Positions 19,330 through 29,979 of a stretch of 64,000 nucleotides of DNA are shown here, piece after piece. Positions within the stretch are counted from its first letter, which is position 1. Each line of letters begins with the position of its first letter. The translations under genes were made by a program, and so were the position numbers. This stretch comes from Opitutales bacterium (lineage in GTDB: Bacteria > Verrucomicrobiota > Verrucomicrobiia > Opitutales > PNEW01), in NCBI GenBank assembly GCA_965197745.1, contig CBDANS010000005.1, positions 320,001-384,000 on the forward strand, in the 5' to 3' direction. The notes beneath the pieces are model-generated. The model was given only the letters and a program-made list of their open reading frames with translations, was not told where the DNA came from and did no database searches.

Positions 19330-19809
19330 GTGATGAAACGAATAAAATTGAGCGAAGTTATTGAAGAAGAGCGAAAGTCACCTAATAAAAAATACCACTT
19401 ATTCAGGAAGCACATATCGGAGGCGTTAGGGTGTATCCTCAATAAAGGGACCTGGGGTGGGGGACATCCTTTTGAGGTGGAGTTAGTGCGTATGCCACCC
19501 CATGCTACGAATTTTCCATACCACGAGCATGCCATTCAATGGGAGCTTTATATCATTGTATCGGGGGGTGGTAGCATCAGGTCAGATAGCGGAGAAGAGT
19601 CACTGGAAGTAGGGGACAATATTATCTTCCCCCCGGGTGAGGCCCATCAAATAATCAACACCGGCGAAACAGATCTGGTTTATTATGTCATCGCAGATAA
19701 CCCTCAGGCTGACATTACCCATTATCCGGATACTGGCAAATGGGCGATCAAACCGACAATGAAGTATTTCAAGATGGATGAAACTGATTATTACGAGGAG
19801 GGAGATTAA
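19330..19809 (+). CDS. Cupin domain protein
   Basis: PYHEH...ELYIIVSG and FPPGEAHQIIN metal-binding cupin motifs. Confidence 0.85.
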   Translation: MMKRIKLSEVIEEERKSPNKKYHLFRKHISEALGCILNKGTWGGGHPFEVELVRMPPHATNFPYHEHAIQWELYIIVSGGGSIRSDSGEESLEVGDNIIFPPGEAHQIINTGETDLVYYVIADNPQADITHYPDTGKWAIKPTMKYFKMDETDYYEEGD

Positions 19810-19815
19810 TTTGAA

Positions 19816-20739
19816 TTGATGAAACTGACAATCGCAACCTGCCAGTTTCCGGTTGATAGGGATATTTGTCGGAATGAGAAGTACGTAATTCGACAAATGC
19901 GCACGGCCAAGGAGCGAGGCGCGGATGTGGCTCATTTTTCAGAATTATGTCTATCAGGATATGCCGGTTCGGATTTTAGAAATTACGATGATTTTGATTG
20001 GGATCAACTTAAGTTAAGCACCCGAAAAATTATCAACTTTGCGGGAAAGTTAAAACTTTGGGTGATTCTCGGATCAACTCATCGATTGAATGGCAAACAC
20101 AAACCGCATAACAGTCTTTATATTATTAATGCCCATGGTAATGTCATCGACCGCTACGATAAAATGTTCTGCACTGGCGATAAATCAGAGAAAACAGGAG
20201 ATTTAGAACACTACAGTCCGGGAAGCCATTTTTGTGAATTTAGGATAAAAGAGTTGAAATGCGGGGTTCTCATTTGTCACGATTTCCGCTATCCTGAGCT
20301 CTATCGCGAGTATAAGCGAAGAGGTGTTTCCGTTATTTTTAATTCTCATCATAACGGACACGAGTCTCCTAAAGATTGGAAGCAATCACTGGCTTATATA
20401 GGCAGAAGGCATTATTGTGCTGATGGGAACATGAACCGATTGGGCATCATCGTTCCGTCAACAATGCAAACGCGCGCCGCAAGTAATTTTATGTGGATAA
20501 GTGTTAATAATACGTCGGCCAAAGAAAGCGACTGGGCCAGTTTTTTTGTCGAACCAGACGGTGTGATCACAGGTCGCTTGATTCGCAATCGCGCGGGTGT
20601 CCTGATCTCAACAGTTGATACTAAAGCAGCTATTTATGACGCTTCCGAAGATTGGAGAGACCGCCTGATGCTTCGCGGTGTTTGCCACAGTGGAACTTTG
20701 GTTAAAGACAGACGTTCAGCTATTCGGACAGTTTTATAA
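19816..20739 (+). CDS. Carbon-nitrogen hydrolase (nitrilase superfamily)
   Basis: E-K-C triad: FSELCLSGY, RYDK, ICHDFRYPE. Confidence 0.9.
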   Translation: MMKLTIATCQFPVDRDICRNEKYVIRQMRTAKERGADVAHFSELCLSGYAGSDFRNYDDFDWDQLKLSTRKIINFAGKLKLWVILGSTHRLNGKHKPHNSLYIINAHGNVIDRYDKMFCTGDKSEKTGDLEHYSPGSHFCEFRIKELKCGVLICHDFRYPELYREYKRRGVSVIFNSHHNGHESPKDWKQSLAYIGRRHYCADGNMNRLGIIVPSTMQTRAASNFMWISVNNTSAKESDWASFFVEPDGVITGRLIRNRAGVLISTVDTKAAIYDASEDWRDRLMLRGVCHSGTLVKDRRSAIRTVL

Positions 20740-20807
20740 CTATCACCAACACCTTCGCATTAAGCGCTTATAATCATCTTCTTAAAAATCTGAAATTACA
20801 ATTGATC

Positions 20808-22214
20808 TCAGGTTTCTTTTAGCTCGGCGACAAGGGCACTTACGGTATTTTTAGCATCTCCAAAGAGCATTCTCGTTTTATCGATAAAATAGAGACGATT
20901 CTGCAATCCAGAAAAACCTGCTCCCGCACCCCGCTTAAGGGCAAAAACGTTTCTAGCTTCATGAGCATTAATAATTGGCATCCCGTAGATGGGGCTGTCT
21001 TTATCATCAATGGCCGCGGGGTTGACGACATCATTAGCTCCGATAACAATAGCTACGTCTACATTATGCATATTTGAGTTAATCTGTTCCATTTCCTGAA
21101 GTTGTTCATAGGGCACATCGGCCTCAGCGAGAAGCACATTCATATGCCCCGGCATACGACCGGCAACAGGGTGAATAGCAAAGTTCACTTCAGTCCCATT
21201 CTCCTCTAATATATCGCCGAGCTCTTTTACCGCGTGTTGAGCTTGTGCCACGGCCATTCCATAACCTGGAATAATGACAACGCTATTGGCTGCTTCAAGC
21301 ACGTAATAGGCTTCTTCAACGCTAATTGGTTTCATTTCACCTTCTTCACCCTTAGTCTCTTTTTGAATATTTGCGCCGAATCCGCTGAAGAGGACATTAG
21401 GGAGATTACGATTCATCGCTTTACACATGATGATGGTGAGGATAAAACCAGCTGAACCGACGAGGCACCCTGCAACGATGAGAACATTATTGAGAATAAC
21501 AAAACCGGCGGCGGCGGCGGCAATTCCCGAGAAGCTATTCAATAAAGAGATAACAACCGGCATGTCACCCCCACCGATAGGGAGCACTCCAAGTATGCCG
21601 AGAAGAAGAGAGAGTGTGATACCGGCAATAAATAGTTTATACGTATATTCGTTTTCCGGCTGGATAATGAAAAGGATCCCCAAGACTACAATGACGACCA
21701 GAATGAATATATTAGCTAATAATTGACCTGAGAATACGATGGCTTTGCTACTGATTTTTTCCGAAAGTTTACCGTAAGCTAAAAGGCTGCCGGTAAAAGT
21801 GATACCACCGATTAGAATTGCCAGATAAATAACACTCTTATAGAAGTAAGGGCTTCCCTGATATTCCGCCCAGCTAACGACCAAAATTTTCTCGTATTCG
21901 GCCCAACCGACAAGCAAACTGGCCAATCCGCCAAAGCCGTTAAAAAGAGCGACCATTTCAGGCATCCCTGTCATTTTAACCAACCTGGCTGCGAGGCTGC
22001 CAATAAACGCGCCAATAACAATTCCTGAAATAATCCAGGTGTAGCTGAGAATGTTTTTATCGAGCAGCGTTACGACTAACGCAAGGAACATACCTAGAGA
22101 AGAAACTAAATTACCTCGGCGCGCGGTGGCCGCAGAACTCAGCATTTTTATGCCGAAAATAAAAAGTATAGCGGCTGCAATATAAGCGAGATTTATAAGA
22201 CTGGACTCGGTCAT
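20808..22214 (-). CDS. pntB: NAD(P) transhydrogenase subunit beta
   Basis: MPEMVALFNG, GGGDMPVVIS, PGYGMAVAQAQ, HPVAGRMPGHMNV. Confidence 0.96.
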   Translation of the reverse strand: MTESSLINLAYIAAAILFIFGIKMLSSAATARRGNLVSSLGMFLALVVTLLDKNILSYTWIISGIVIGAFIGSLAARLVKMTGMPEMVALFNGFGGLASLLVGWAEYEKILVVSWAEYQGSPYFYKSVIYLAILIGGITFTGSLLAYGKLSEKISSKAIVFSGQLLANIFILVVIVVLGILFIIQPENEYTYKLFIAGITLSLLLGILGVLPIGGGDMPVVISLLNSFSGIAAAAAGFVILNNVLIVAGCLVGSAGFILTIIMCKAMNRNLPNVLFSGFGANIQKETKGEEGEMKPISVEEAYYVLEAANSVVIIPGYGMAVAQAQHAVKELGDILEENGTEVNFAIHPVAGRMPGHMNVLLAEADVPYEQLQEMEQINSNMHNVDVAIVIGANDVVNPAAIDDKDSPIYGMPIINAHEARNVFALKRGAGAGFSGLQNRLYFIDKTRMLFGDAKNTVSALVAELKET

Positions 22215-22504
22215 TTTTTATTTGTGTCCCTACTCTTGAACATCCCCAGCATCCGATCAGTAACGAGGTAGCCGCCAACCACGTTGATGGTGGCAAAAAT
22301 CACGGCGATAAAACCTAAAATCATGGCGACGGTACCCTCTGGATTAGAGCCCGCTGCGAGAAGAGCTCCCACGATGGTTATTCCCGAGATAGCATTGGAA
22401 CCAGACATCAGCGGGGTGTGCAGTTGTGAAGGTACTTTGCTGATCAATTCGAAGCCGAGAAAGGCTGCGAGGATAAAAATGAAGAACAATAGAATTAAAG
22501 TCAT
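22211..22504 (-). CDS. pntAB: NAD(P) transhydrogenase subunit alpha part 2 (membrane)
   Basis: LHTPLMSGSNAISG, NVVGGYLVTDRML. Confidence 0.94.
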   Translation of the reverse strand: MTLILLFFIFILAAFLGFELISKVPSQLHTPLMSGSNAISGITIVGALLAAGSNPEGTVAMILGFIAVIFATINVVGGYLVTDRMLGMFKSRDTNKK

Positions 22505-22582
22505 AGGTAAAAAATTAATTTAGCTTTTTAGGTTATCTTTTGAATCTGCACAAAAATACTCAATGGAGATGGCACGTAATGG

Positions 22583-23716
22583 TCATAATTTGTCTTTAAA
22601 ATATTCGTGAATAATCTGACCCCCGTAGGCGAGAAGGGATGCCTTAAGAATTTCATTTTTTAAATCCAAAAGGAGTGTTTTCTTTTCCTCATTCCAGAAA
22701 TGTTCAATAAGACTCGTGAGATTTGAAGCGTAAACGTAACTGGCATCGTGGGCTACCTGCCCCTCGAGATTATTAATGCCAATGATGATCACACCCGATT
22801 CAGTTATGTACTCCTGATCCACTATTGATTCTTCAACATTTCCTCCTGATGCTACGGCGAGGTCAACGATGACACTGCCCCGATTCATTTGCGATGTCAT
22901 CTCTTTGGTTATGATAACCGGAGCTTTTTGTCCAAACACTCTGGCCGTAGTGATGACGATATCGCTTTGGGCACACATTTTACTCAGTCCCTCACGTTGC
23001 AGTTCCAGCTGCTCTGGAGTAATTGATTTAGCATAACCTTCGCTCGTTTGCCCCGTATCTCCTAAATCAATTTTGATAAATCTCGCGCCCAGTGATTTTA
23101 CTTCTTCTTCCACTTTGGGCCGGGTATCGAATGCCTCTACTCTGGCGCCCAGACGTTTGGCGGTGGCAATTGCCTGCAGCCCTGCGACACCAGCACCAAC
23201 TATGAAAACTCTCGCGGCGGATAAAGTGCCAGCCGGTGTTACCATCATGGGTAGGATTTTATTCAGTCGCTCTGCCGCTTTAATAACAGCATAATAGCCG
23301 GCAAGGTTAGCCTGGGAACTCAGCACATCCATTTTCTGGGCAATGGTTGTTCGCGGCACCATTTCCATACTGATGACATTGATACCTTTTAAAGCCATAG
23401 CCTTTAGCAGTTTTGATTCTTCGAACGGATCTAAAAAACTGATGTGGAGCGCTCCCGACTTCATCTGATCGATCTCTTCAAGTCGGGGTTTGCGAATCCG
23501 AAAGATAATATCCGCGGTGCCAAAGGCCTGCTCCCGATCCTTTATGATAATTGCTCCCGCATCCACGTAATCATCATTGGCGTAGTTACTTGCGATACCT
23601 AAGTCTTCCTCTATCTTTACCGTAATTCCGAGGGCCGTCAGCTTTTTTACGCAACTGGGGACCAATGAAGCCCGGGTTTCCTCTTGGTGCGTTTCTTTAG
23701 GGCTGAATAGTTCCAT
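22583..23716 (-). CDS. pntAA: NAD(P) transhydrogenase subunit alpha part 1 (soluble dI)
   Basis: AQKMDVLSSQANLAGY, GAGVAGLQAIATA, GYAK loop. Confidence 0.95.
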   Translation of the reverse strand: MELFSPKETHQEETRASLVPSCVKKLTALGITVKIEEDLGIASNYANDDYVDAGAIIIKDREQAFGTADIIFRIRKPRLEEIDQMKSGALHISFLDPFEESKLLKAMALKGINVISMEMVPRTTIAQKMDVLSSQANLAGYYAVIKAAERLNKILPMMVTPAGTLSAARVFIVGAGVAGLQAIATAKRLGARVEAFDTRPKVEEEVKSLGARFIKIDLGDTGQTSEGYAKSITPEQLELQREGLSKMCAQSDIVITTARVFGQKAPVIITKEMTSQMNRGSVIVDLAVASGGNVEESIVDQEYITESGVIIIGINNLEGQVAHDASYVYASNLTSLIEHFWNEEKKTLLLDLKNEILKASLLAYGGQIIHEYFKDKL

Positions 23717-24154
23717 GATACCTGGTTCGTAAAAAAGTAAAAATATTCAAAAGGATAAAGCTAAATTAAGATCAATGATGTTTTTTTAAAATATAAAGTA
23801 TTTATTGCTGTGGGGATGATACCGATTGTCCTTTATCTATCGTGATTCATTAATTTGCCATCATTATTTGTAAGGAGAAATCAGTAGATATTCTATGATG
23901 CTTGTTCCTCAATAAAGTTTATTGACTGTTTACCTTTCAAAACGAAGAAAATGAAATGTTAATCATTGTTCTCAATGCAGGTATATGCTATGGGTCTAGC
24001 CGTTAATTTGAAAAAGACAATCGAGAAGCCAATGATGTGATCAGGCTTATCAGATAGAGTGGTGAAACCGCGCGTAGAAAATCAGGATCCATTGATATAG
24101 AAGAGTGGGGCATTTTCCTCCTCTTGTGTTTGCATAAATTTATAGATAATTGCT

Positions 24155-26797
24155 ATGAGGTCTATACATATTCAGGTGAAATATATACAAAAATGGCATA
24201 TCTTCATACTCATAGGTAATGTCCTATGGAGTTGGGCATGGGGCAATACCGACCCGGGAGAAAAAGAAGTACCTCTATTCCCTGAAAACGGCCCTGCCTC
24301 GGTTAAAGAGATTGGTGCTTTACAATGGAAAATAGGAGCTGCCGATGATGCCCTTAAAGCCGGATTTTCTTCACTCGCAGCGCGTCTTTATCACGAATCA
24401 TTGGACGATCCGGTATTGGATTTTAAGAAGCGGCCGGAGATAATTTTAAATCTTGTTACAGCGCTTATCAGTGAAGGTCGATACGAGGAAGCAGGTCGAG
24501 CCCTGGAAACATTTCCCGATAGAACGGATCACGCTTATCGTTTACGCCAGGGATTGCTGGCATTTCAACGTGGCGATAGAATTGGCGCTGATGCCATTGC
24601 CGTGAAGATAGCTTTAAGTCAACTCGGCCAATCCGATCATCCCTGGTATTACGTGTTATATGGCCTTATTAAAGAAGCAGGGGGAGATCAAAGTGAAGCG
24701 ATAAAGTATTTTGATCTGGCCAGAGACAGTAGTATGACCGAAGCGCAACAGGCCCAATTTGAGGCTGTCAGTTATCGCAGCAGGTTAGTATCAGGTTCAG
24801 CAGATGAATCCCTTGTCGCTGATCTGAAAGCAAAGCTCAGTACTTCAAAAGGGGAACGTGCCGGTTACCAGTTCGCCCGAGCTTATGCTACGGCTTTACA
24901 GCAATTAGGTCGTAAGGAGGAAGCCATTCGTGTTCTCGAAGAACAGTTGAAATATATTTCCGTAGATGAACGGGATCTCGAAGATCAGTTGTTACTTCTG
25001 CTCGGGTTGATCGCGGGGGTAGATAGTGACCGAGGTAACATCGCCTTTCAAGATCTGTTGCGCGAGGGCAAGAACCGCAATCTTCAAAAAATAGGGCTTC
25101 TTCTGGCAGCGCGTGAAGCATTGGAAAATACGCCAACAGATGATTTCAAAATATTGCTTGATGAACTTATTGCTCAGACCCGGGGACATCCGCTTTTAGA
25201 TGAACTATATTATTTTCGGTCGCTAATGTATCTTAATAGCAACCGATTTGATTTAGCCGAGAATGATGCTAACAGCCTTCTTGAACAGTTCCCGGGGTCA
25301 ATTTTAAAAGAGAGCGCCATTCGTCTTTTGGCTTATATTGCTTGGAAACGTGAACCTCCCCAATATCGCACCGCCGCTGACTATTTGAACCGTTTACGGT
25401 CAGGATTACCCGTCGGTTCAGACCGTTGGCACTTGGCGGCATTGATGGCAGATTGCTATTATATGAACCATGATTATGAAAAAGCATTTGAAGCTTACGG
25501 CTTGGCTAGAGCGGAAATACCTGAGGGAATTACGCACGGCAGGTTTCTTTTTCAACAAGTGATGGCTTCCATTATGGCCGACAGAATCGAACCGGCGATG
25601 GCGCTATTGGACAGCGCAAAAACAAGCGAAGACATTCATCCTCTGAATCGATGGAAAGCGGAGTGGAATTTAATAAGCGAGATGAAAAGTCGCGGGCAAA
25701 TCAGTGAGGCTTTTAACCGAATTCATAATCTTATAGTGGAATCGAACAAAGCACCGATACCCCCTGAATTGAAGCTTCGCCTTATGTGGCTGGAGGCCCA
25801 ACTCTCTATTGAAGTAAGACAGGCCGAGGATACTCCAACACTAGCTGACCGTATTTTAAATACCCTGAAGAAAATACCAATTGACACCATTACTGAGTCT
25901 CAACGCGATCACATAATCAGCCAGACTTTACTCATTAAAGGGCAGGCCCTCTTCATTATTGAAGAAGAGGCTAAAGGACGGGAAATATTTGAACAATTGC
26001 GCGATCAATATCCCGGTAACGAATCTACAATTCTTTCTTATCTCTTTGAATCGCGCTATTACGCGGCCATAAATCGTTCCGTTGACGCGCAACAGCGTCT
26101 AATTGCTGTTGTCGATCGTTATCCCGAGAGCAAATATGCACCTATTGCGCTATGGGAAGCGGCTATTTACGCCGAGCAACGCGGAATGAATTCCACTTAC
26201 CAGGAAGCAGTGGCAATCCTCGAACGCCTCATCAATAATTATCCGCGTCCAGATTTTATCTTTCATGCACGGTTGAGACAGGCAGACATATTACGCAAGC
26301 TAAATGACTTTGGTGCGGCCCAAATAATATACGAAGGATTGATCAGCCAATACTATAGCCATCCTCAACGATACCGCGCAGAAATTTCGTTGGCCGATAG
26401 TCTGCTCGCTCAGGGCAGCCAGAATCCGGTGCGAGTTGATGATGCCATAGCTATTCTAGAACGGCTCGTTGATTTACCTAACCTCCCCGTTGATCTCGGT
26501 GCCGAAGCGGGTTTTAAATGTGGTTTTGCTTTATCCCATCAGGAAAACGATTTACGAGCACAGGAAATCTATTGGCAAATTATTACCCGGTTTCTTTTAG
26601 ACTCATCAAATAATATATCATTCAAAGCGCGAGGGCGTTATTGGATCTCTCGAAGTATCTTTGAACTTGGCATGCTTTTTGAAAAGGAAGAGCGTTATGA
26701 GGATGCTCGAGAGATTTATAAACTTATTCTTAATTATGAATTGCCAGGACTGACTCTGGCAGAAGCAAAAATACAAAAATTCTCCTCCATATTATAA
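24155..26797 (+). CDS. Large exported TPR-like alpha-helical protein
   Basis: N-terminal hydrophobic segment; repeated helical units ending in YP/FP (BamD/CpoB-like TPRs); heads an exbB/exbD-like operon. Confidence 0.75.
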   Translation: MRSIHIQVKYIQKWHIFILIGNVLWSWAWGNTDPGEKEVPLFPENGPASVKEIGALQWKIGAADDALKAGFSSLAARLYHESLDDPVLDFKKRPEIILNLVTALISEGRYEEAGRALETFPDRTDHAYRLRQGLLAFQRGDRIGADAIAVKIALSQLGQSDHPWYYVLYGLIKEAGGDQSEAIKYFDLARDSSMTEAQQAQFEAVSYRSRLVSGSADESLVADLKAKLSTSKGERAGYQFARAYATALQQLGRKEEAIRVLEEQLKYISVDERDLEDQLLLLLGLIAGVDSDRGNIAFQDLLREGKNRNLQKIGLLLAAREALENTPTDDFKILLDELIAQTRGHPLLDELYYFRSLMYLNSNRFDLAENDANSLLEQFPGSILKESAIRLLAYIAWKREPPQYRTAADYLNRLRSGLPVGSDRWHLAALMADCYYMNHDYEKAFEAYGLARAEIPEGITHGRFLFQQVMASIMADRIEPAMALLDSAKTSEDIHPLNRWKAEWNLISEMKSRGQISEAFNRIHNLIVESNKAPIPPELKLRLMWLEAQLSIEVRQAEDTPTLADRILNTLKKIPIDTITESQRDHIISQTLLIKGQALFIIEEEAKGREIFEQLRDQYPGNESTILSYLFESRYYAAINRSVDAQQRLIAVVDRYPESKYAPIALWEAAIYAEQRGMNSTYQEAVAILERLINNYPRPDFIFHARLRQADILRKLNDFGAAQIIYEGLISQYYSHPQRYRAEISLADSLLAQGSQNPVRVDDAIAILERLVDLPNLPVDLGAEAGFKCGFALSHQENDLRAQEIYWQIITRFLLDSSNNISFKARGRYWISRSIFELGMLFEKEERYEDAREIYKLILNYELPGLTLAEAKIQKFSSIL

Positions 26798-26910
26798 ATA
26801 GAAAGCGCTTTAGTCTTAAACTATGCAGCTCTTGTAGAGTCACGGGCCACCCTCATTAAAACTGCACTCAGCTTTAAATTTTAAATCTTTTCAATTTAAA
26901 AAGCATAATA

Positions 26911-27615
26911 TTGATTATGGAAAATTTTTACCCATCATTTATAGAGCAGGGGGGACTCATCATGTGGCCGTTATTGGCCCTGAGTTTACTTGCCTTTATC
27001 CTTTTTATTGAGCGAATACTTTATTTGCACAAAGGGCAGATACGCTCGAGTGAGTTCATTGAGGGAATTAAAAACCTCTTACGGAAGAGACGCCTTATTG
27101 AAGCGCTCACGGTTTGTGATACAACACCGGGTCCACTTCCTAATATGGTGAAAGCAGCGCTTCTCAATTATGATCAAGGTGAGCCACGTATGCGCTCTTC
27201 ATTGCAGTCAGCGGCGCTAGTTCAAATACCCTTGCTCGAAAAACGAATCGGGACAGTTGCCGCTATTGCGCGTATTTCACCTCTGCTCGGATTGCTGGGC
27301 ACAATTATCGGCATCACCAAGACTTTTGTTATTCTTCAGGCTGAGGGAGCTTATGCCCATCAAGGGGTTCTAACCAGAGGACTTGGTGAAGCCCTGATCA
27401 CAACTGCAACCGGTCTGTGCATTGCTATTCTCGCATATCTTGCGCATCATTTTCTATATGGGCGCTTGCGAGCACTCGTTCACGATATGGAGTATGTGGG
27501 AAATGAGATAATGCAGTTTCTTTTACACGATCTTCCCGAAGAAGAAGAAATCGAGCCGGAACAGGCTGCGGACATCGTAGAATCCAAATCCCCGGATGAT
27601 AACCAGCCCGCTTAA
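26911..27615 (+). CDS. MotA/TolQ/ExbB proton channel family protein (start possibly ATG 26917)
   Basis: GGLIMWPL, PLLGLLGTIIG, EALITTATGL. Confidence 0.92.
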   Translation: MIMENFYPSFIEQGGLIMWPLLALSLLAFILFIERILYLHKGQIRSSEFIEGIKNLLRKRRLIEALTVCDTTPGPLPNMVKAALLNYDQGEPRMRSSLQSAALVQIPLLEKRIGTVAAIARISPLLGLLGTIIGITKTFVILQAEGAYAHQGVLTRGLGEALITTATGLCIAILAYLAHHFLYGRLRALVHDMEYVGNEIMQFLLHDLPEEEEIEPEQAADIVESKSPDDNQPA

Positions 27616-28048
27616 CCTTGAGTCTCAAATTAGAGAGCCGAGCCGGCATTTCGATTCCGTGCCCTTTATCGATTTATGCCTTATTGGTTTGTTTATCGTA
27701 CTTTCTTCTTCTAAATTTATATTTGCCCCAGGTCTCAATATTGATTTACCCGAAGCCGTATCTCAGGAGTTAGAGGGAGTGCCTACCACTGCGGTGCTCA
27801 CGGTACGTGAAAATGATATGATAGTTTTTGAGGGACAGATATTCAGTTTCGTGTCCCTCGAAAACAGGTTGATCAATTTTTCAAAAGAGAATGAAAAAAA
27901 AATTAATTCTATTCTTCTTGTGAAAATTGATAAAAATGTGAAGGTGCAGCAATTGCTCGAAATTCTCGATATGGTTCGACCTTATTTTTCCAGCGTGCAA
28001 ATCGCCGCCGAAGAAAAAAAACGGGAGTATGACATATTTCCAAATTAA
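27596..28048 (+). CDS. ExbD/TolR family protein
   Basis: VPFIDL TM segment with conserved Asp, IDLPEA, LLVKID; overlaps the exbB-like gene end. Confidence 0.88.
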   Translation: MITSPLNLESQIREPSRHFDSVPFIDLCLIGLFIVLSSSKFIFAPGLNIDLPEAVSQELEGVPTTAVLTVRENDMIVFEGQIFSFVSLENRLINFSKENEKKINSILLVKIDKNVKVQQLLEILDMVRPYFSSVQIAAEEKKREYDIFPN

Positions 28049-28062
28049 CGGTATCAGGATAG

Positions 28063-28818
28063 ATGGGTGAATTATCTAATAATTCTAAAGGGAAGATAAT
28101 ACCCTTAAGTGGAATAGCAAAAGTTGCTATAATTATTGGTGTATCCTTTCATTTATTGGGATTTTTAGCATTTCATGTTCAATCATCTTCAGATGATAAA
28201 ATTATATTTCCCGCACCGTCTGTCCAATACCACAGTGCCGAGGTAAAAAAGAACAATCGGCTTTTAAGTGAGCAAGCAGAGTTGTATGATTCGGCCCCTC
28301 TCTTTTTGCCGACGTCCTGGAATTACGCGAGCAACACCGATGTCTTTACCCTGGAAGTAGATATTGCTCCCTTGTTCCCCTCTTATTCAGCCGAAATAGA
28401 GATTAGTGATGATACCCTTAAACCAGATATACGAAATGGAAATTCAACAATTATACGGGCAAGAGATTCTTTAAAGTATAAATACTGGGATCTTTTTTCA
28501 ACTTTTGGTGAAGAGAAGCAGCCTGAGAATTGGATTTCTGGACGCAGAGCTTATATGGAAGTTTATGATATGATGGGTGATCGACTGGTGAGGAGTGAGA
28601 CCTTGCCAGAGGATTTAGGGGCATTAAACGAAATGCCATTATGGACACCTTTAGAATATCTGGTGACAATAGATATACTGGGCGCGTTAGGGGAGCCCAT
28701 GCTATTACAAGGATCCGGAATTGAAAAAATAGACGCGATCATGCGAGCATATATTTCGGAACCTGCTTTTGGTGCCAGACTGGAACCGGGTTATTATAAA
28801 GTTGCGATTGGACCTTAG
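28063..28818 (+). CDS. Membrane-anchored hypothetical protein, possibly a divergent TonB/TolA-like transducer
   Basis: N-terminal TM containing S-x-H (GVSFHLL); C-terminal VTIDILG...QGSG...ID resembles the TonB C-domain; follows exbB/exbD. Confidence 0.55.
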   Translation: MGELSNNSKGKIIPLSGIAKVAIIIGVSFHLLGFLAFHVQSSSDDKIIFPAPSVQYHSAEVKKNNRLLSEQAELYDSAPLFLPTSWNYASNTDVFTLEVDIAPLFPSYSAEIEISDDTLKPDIRNGNSTIIRARDSLKYKYWDLFSTFGEEKQPENWISGRRAYMEVYDMMGDRLVRSETLPEDLGALNEMPLWTPLEYLVTIDILGALGEPMLLQGSGIEKIDAIMRAYISEPAFGARLEPGYYKVAIGP

Positions 28819-28930
28819 ACTGGAAACTGAGAAAAGCCTCCTGCCAAAAGAATTTGATTCATGATGGCAATAGAATATGCCCCCAAACTTGATTGAGGAA
28901 GGTGATAAATACTGCAACCCATTAAAGCCG

Positions 28931-29521
28931 TTAAACAGAGGTATGATACCAGTCATTGATGGGGCGTAAAGTAGGCTTATCCTCTAAAGTATTTAAAAAC
29001 CAATGAGAATTATCATCGTATCTCTGACAAAATTCCAGCCACTTTATATAAAATAAGGCCAGGCCATTGGGGGTGCTTTGCAATTGATTTATGAGTCGAC
29101 CCAGTCTGCACCATTTACGTAACAGTCTGTATTCTCTAAATATATTCGCTGAGTTGAACCATTTGTTCATAACCTGAATCTTTCGTAATTTAAGGCGTGA
29201 GATTAGTGTTTCAGAGGGTGTCCAAAGGGTTAAAATTTTATAATTATTTGAAGTTTCAATGATATCCAGGGTTTTGTCGCTCTCGAATTTTTTATTAGAT
29301 TTGAATCGATAAATAATATCGTAGTGAAACATCAATAGATCTATTTTTGTTTCGCGTAATTTATCCAGTTTACCAGCATTTACAGTAATCCATGTTGAGG
29401 GATGATTTATATTTAAATCGTTTAGTAATGATGAACAATTACCTCTATACAGTCCTTCTATTAATGTCGTTTTCCCCCCACAGGTAGGTCCGGCAAAGAC
29501 AATTAACTGATCAATTTGCAT
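28931..29521 (-). CDS. P-loop NTPase/kinase-like hypothetical protein
   Basis: IVFAGPTCGGKTT Walker A at the N-terminus; TLISRL lid-like motif. Confidence 0.65.
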   Translation of the reverse strand: MQIDQLIVFAGPTCGGKTTLIEGLYRGNCSSLLNDLNINHPSTWITVNAGKLDKLRETKIDLLMFHYDIIYRFKSNKKFESDKTLDIIETSNNYKILTLWTPSETLISRLKLRKIQVMNKWFNSANIFREYRLLRKWCRLGRLINQLQSTPNGLALFYIKWLEFCQRYDDNSHWFLNTLEDKPTLRPINDWYHTSV

Positions 29522-29553
29522 TTTGTCTGCTGGTTCCCACTGGCTGACTCCAG

Positions 29554-29937
29554 CTAATCTGAGAGGACGTTTACTTCAATATGCGTGATGAGATTGTCGA
29601 TTGTAAACATAATGCGTTCGAGACCCCGTCGTTCAATTTTCTCACCCGTATCAATATCAGAGGCGCACATTGTAAACTCAAATTCAACGCCTCCTTCAGA
29701 AGCTGGATGATAAGAAGAAACTTTCCAATTTACGTCAGGAAAGCGTGCGAAAAAATTACTCATCATGTTGGCAATGGCAGTTTTACCCTTGAAAGTCCCG
29801 ACCTGTGAAGAGTGATAGGTGGCCTCTTCGTCAAACATCGATAAAATAGTATCCAAATTATGCGCGTTTGATTGATCAACATATTGACGCGCCAGGTTGA
29901 CTGAATTTTCCATCCCCATCGCTTTAAAATAGATCAA
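29554..29937 (-). CDS. SnoaL/NTF2-like domain protein
   Basis: YVDQSNAHNLDTILSMFDEEATY...GKTAIA...FPD pattern. Confidence 0.8.
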   Translation of the reverse strand: MIYFKAMGMENSVNLARQYVDQSNAHNLDTILSMFDEEATYHSSQVGTFKGKTAIANMMSNFFARFPDVNWKVSSYHPASEGGVEFEFTMCASDIDTGEKIERRGLERIMFTIDNLITHIEVNVLSD

Positions 29938-29979
29938 CTTCTACCAGTTGAGCTATCTGACAACTGTATTTATATGTCT

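Noticed and set aside
22211..23716. Split pntA as a pseudogene
   Set aside because: The three-gene pntAA/pntAB/pntB layout is a well-known natural arrangement and both parts are intact
23985..24075. Possible SDR gene remnant (AVN…EANDVIRLIR*SGETA)
   Set aside because: Requires a frameshift and a stop over a very short stretch; indistinguishable from chance without a search
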